DNA of 27,240 nucleotides, from the IMG/VR virus record IMGVR_UViG_3300010052_000010, positions 1 through 27,240 of that record, one strand, 5' to 3'. Shown here piece after piece: positions 25,237 through 27,240 of this stretch. A model generated the notes under the pieces. The model saw nothing but the letters and a program-made list of their open reading frames with translations. It was not told where the DNA came from and did no database searches. Position 1 is the stretch's first letter. Each line of letters starts with the position of its first letter. A program made the position numbers and the translations under genes. This DNA comes from a virus (lineage: Duplodnaviria > Caudoviricetes).

Positions 25237-25780
25237 TACTCCCTGCCCGAGACAGACCTATCGACTTCGCAGGGTTTCCGGCAAAAGTTGCACCAGCAGG
25301 CACGTCCTTGGTCACGACGGAGCCGGCACCGATGATAGCACCATCGCCGATGGTGACACCTTTGAGAATGCTTACGCCGAAGCCTATGAAGACTCGGCTC
25401 CCTATTGTCACTGGCGCGATCTTGATGCCTGTCCAGTCCTTCTTGCCCTGATGCCAATTCGGGATGTCGTGTTTGCGCAACTCCCAATCGGGCGCATGCG
25501 AGTTGTGATCTACGATGGTGACACCCCAGGAGATGATGGCGTCTTCGCCGATCGTGATGCTCTCTGCGGCGACCAGATGGCTCGCGCCGATGTAGGTGCG
25601 GTCGCCGATGACGATCTTGGCTTCGCCCCGATCATACGAAAAGACGTTCTGCAAGATGCAGTCAGCGCCGATCAAGTGGTCACCGCGCCGAGCTGTCCGC
25701 ACGGCAGTCAGGTTGAGCTTAGTACCGGGCCCGGCGTTTACGCCAAGCAGTCGATAGAGCCAGGGCGGGACGAACGGCAT
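25229..25780 (-). CDS. Hexapeptide-repeat (left-handed beta-helix) O-acetyltransferase
   Basis: IGDRTYIG...ITIGEDAIISWGVTIVDHNSH...PVTIGSRVFIG...GVTIGDGAIIGAGSVVTKDVP...GNPAK; GGAG RBS. Confidence 0.92.
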   Translation of the reverse strand: MPFVPPWLYRLLGVNAGPGTKLNLTAVRTARRGDHLIGADCILQNVFSYDRGEAKIVIGDRTYIGASHLVAAESITIGEDAIISWGVTIVDHNSHAPDWELRKHDIPNWHQGKKDWTGIKIAPVTIGSRVFIGFGVSILKGVTIGDGAIIGAGSVVTKDVPAGATFAGNPAKSIGLSRAGSTT

Positions 25781-26013
25781 CAGTGCCGATCTCCGCGAGG
25801 GCGAAGAGGCGGGCGGTCCTCAATAATGCGATCGCCGTCGACAAGAAAGTAGTGACGCCATTGGTGCATTTCGGTGAGTTCCAGAAACAACTGTCGCGCC
25901 TCTTGCTCCTCATCGGTGTCCATTATCGCCATTGGATAGTGTCGATAGTCGATCGCTTGGACCGAAAACCGCTTCTTCGTCTTCTCTCGAGGCGTGTCGG
26001 TGCAGATTGTCAT
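25780..26013 (-). CDS. Small hypothetical protein (77 aa)
   Basis: TGATG overlap with the acetyltransferase start and ATGA overlap with the upstream ORF; MTICTDTP...YFLVDGDRIIEDRP. Confidence 0.6.
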   Translation of the reverse strand: MTICTDTPREKTKKRFSVQAIDYRHYPMAIMDTDEEQEARQLFLELTEMHQWRHYFLVDGDRIIEDRPPLRPRGDRH

Positions 26014-26225
26014 GGCAAGATCAGATAATCGTAAAACAGTCCTATGTCGACATGACGAACGCGCATCCACTCAACGGACGGATCGGACGGCGGCCGACCG
26101 GCGGGCTTGAGCAGCGGATGGATGGAGAGGGCAGCAGCGTCAAAGGACGTGGCGCGCACCCGCTGAATGCTCTGGAGCTGGTCTCCAAGCATGCGCTCTA
26201 TCTGATACTCCCGAAGTCGATGCAT
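26010..26225 (-). CDS. Small hypothetical protein (up to 71 aa)
   Basis: Its stop overlaps the next ATG (ATGA). No clear RBS, so the start is uncertain. Confidence 0.45.
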   Translation of the reverse strand: MHRLREYQIERMLGDQLQSIQRVRATSFDAAALSIHPLLKPAGRPPSDPSVEWMRVRHVDIGLFYDYLILP

Positions 26226-26263
26226 CGTGACTGCGTCGCAACTTTGCAGATAGATTGCAAGTG

Positions 26264-26944
26264 ATGAACCCGATCTACCATCTCCATATTCGCAAGACCG
26301 GTGGCACCACCATCAACCATGGCTTGCTTGCCGCGCTGAGCGGGCGGCCGTCGGAGCCGATCTATCGCGCCCTGGCGCAGGCCGGCGACAACAGGGTGAT
26401 GCTCGACGATGTGTCGTTCGCGGGCTGGCGGCTGGAAACGATCAACGCCGGCGGCTGGGATTTCGCGTTCGGGCACAAGCCGCTGGAACTGCTTGAACTT
26501 CCTGCCGACGCGACCGTGATTACCTGCTTTCGCGATCCTGTCGCCCGCCTGGCTTCGCACTATCGCATGCTGCGCCAGATGATCGCGGAGGATAGCGACC
26601 ACGTTATCATGGCGAAAGAGGCGCCTTGGGCGAAAGATAGTTTCCGCGATTTTGTCGATCGCATTCCTAACAAGCACAGGTTGACCCAGCTCTACATGTT
26701 CTCGACGGCGCTTGATCTCGCCGAGGCGACTGAGCGGCTGAAGTGCATCAACCATGTGCTTTGGACAGAACGCCTCGCCGGCGACCTTGATGCGCTTGGC
26801 GTGGCCCTTGGGCTGCCTCTCGACAGCACCCTGCGCATGCGGCCGTCCCGGCCGTTGGAAATCCCTGCATCCGAGCTCGCCTACGCCCGTGAGGCCCTGG
26901 CGATCGAATATGAGTGGCTTAGGCGTACCGGCCTGACCGGCTGA
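26264..26944 (+). CDS. Sulfotransferase-family protein
   Basis: 5'-PSB loop HLHIRKTGGTT, FGH, 3'-PB motif FRDPVARLASHY. Start could be TTG 26255, GTG 26261 or ATG 26264. Confidence 0.85.
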   Translation: MNPIYHLHIRKTGGTTINHGLLAALSGRPSEPIYRALAQAGDNRVMLDDVSFAGWRLETINAGGWDFAFGHKPLELLELPADATVITCFRDPVARLASHYRMLRQMIAEDSDHVIMAKEAPWAKDSFRDFVDRIPNKHRLTQLYMFSTALDLAEATERLKCINHVLWTERLAGDLDALGVALGLPLDSTLRMRPSRPLEIPASELAYAREALAIEYEWLRRTGLTG

Positions 26945-26979
26945 TCTCGAACCAAAATCACCGCTAAAGGAAACTATCC

Positions 26980-27240
26980 ATGGACAAGGCGAAGTTCTTC
27001 GCCGGGTTGCGCTCGCGCGACTCCGGCCTTTTTGGCACGTCCCTCTCTCAGCCGCAGGTCGAGGGGACGGAACGCATCGTGGATGAGGGCCAGAACCGGG
27101 GCATGGCGCTTCGGCAATTGGCCTATGTGCTGGCGACCGCCTACCACGAGACCGGCGCAAAGATGCAGCCGATCCGTGAGGCCGGCGGTGAAAGGTACCT
27201 CCGGTCCAAGCCGTACTATCCCTGGGTGGGCGAGGGGCTT
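26980..27240 (+). CDS. Endolysin, GH19 (chitinase/lysozyme-like) family, 3'-truncated by window
   Basis: AAGGA RBS; MDKAKFF...QLAYVLATAYHETGAKMQPIRE...YYPWVGEGL is open to the window end. Confidence 0.8.
   Translation, partial: MDKAKFFAGLRSRDSGLFGTSLSQPQVEGTERIVDEGQNRGMALRQLAYVLATAYHETGAKMQPIREAGGERYLRSKPYYPWVGEGL

Larger units (their letters stand above)
1..27240 (+). mobile_element. Segment of a temperate-type siphophage/prophage (replication, late regulation, packaging, head, tail, moron, start of lysis module)
   Basis: Co-oriented, tightly coupled genes in canonical HK97-like order (HNH-terS-terL-portal-protease-MCP-connectors-tail tube-chaperones-TMP-tip-fibre-lysin). Ends, integrase and att sites are not in the window, so prophage versus free phage cannot be decided. 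Confidence 0.97.

Noticed and set aside
24523-26944. Calling the cassette nodS/nodL/nodH
   Set aside because: Only the enzyme classes match. There is no nodABC or nod box and no evidence of orthology.
8655-26979. Recurring GGA(G)AAAC before several structural genes
   Set aside because: Adequately explained as a Shine-Dalgarno sequence plus an A-rich spacer.
21550-27240. Diversity-generating retroelement or invertible tail-fibre switch
   Set aside because: No reverse transcriptase, invertase, template/variable repeat pair or flanking inverted repeats seen.

Overview
This window is a contiguous segment of a GC-rich, lambda/HK97-type siphophage or prophage. The protein families and composition point to an alphaproteobacterial, probably Rhizobiales, host (inference). 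Gene order on the + strand: tail of an early gene; a large C5 DNA cytosine methyltransferase; a hypothetical protein; an HTH replication initiator containing an iteron/AT-rich origin; a NusG-family antiterminator; a structured leader; HNH, probable cos, TerS and TerL; portal, ClpP-type protease and major capsid; head-tail joining genes; tail tube; a tail chaperone pair with a -1 frameshift signature; a tape measure with an embedded lysozyme domain; tail-tip genes; and a 966-aa tailspike ending in an SGNH esterase. Between the tailspike and a truncated GH19-like endolysin lies an accessory cassette of about 2.5 kb. It encodes a SAM methyltransferase, a hexapeptide O-acetyltransferase with two small coupled ORFs on the - strand, and a sulfotransferase. 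The best candidate for an undescribed system is this methyl/acetyl/sulfo 'writer' cassette next to a putative deacetylase 'eraser' tailspike, possibly for receptor-glycan conversion. No integrase, repressor, tRNA, rRNA, CRISPR array or transposase is visible. All calls come from motif recognition by eye; no searches were run.
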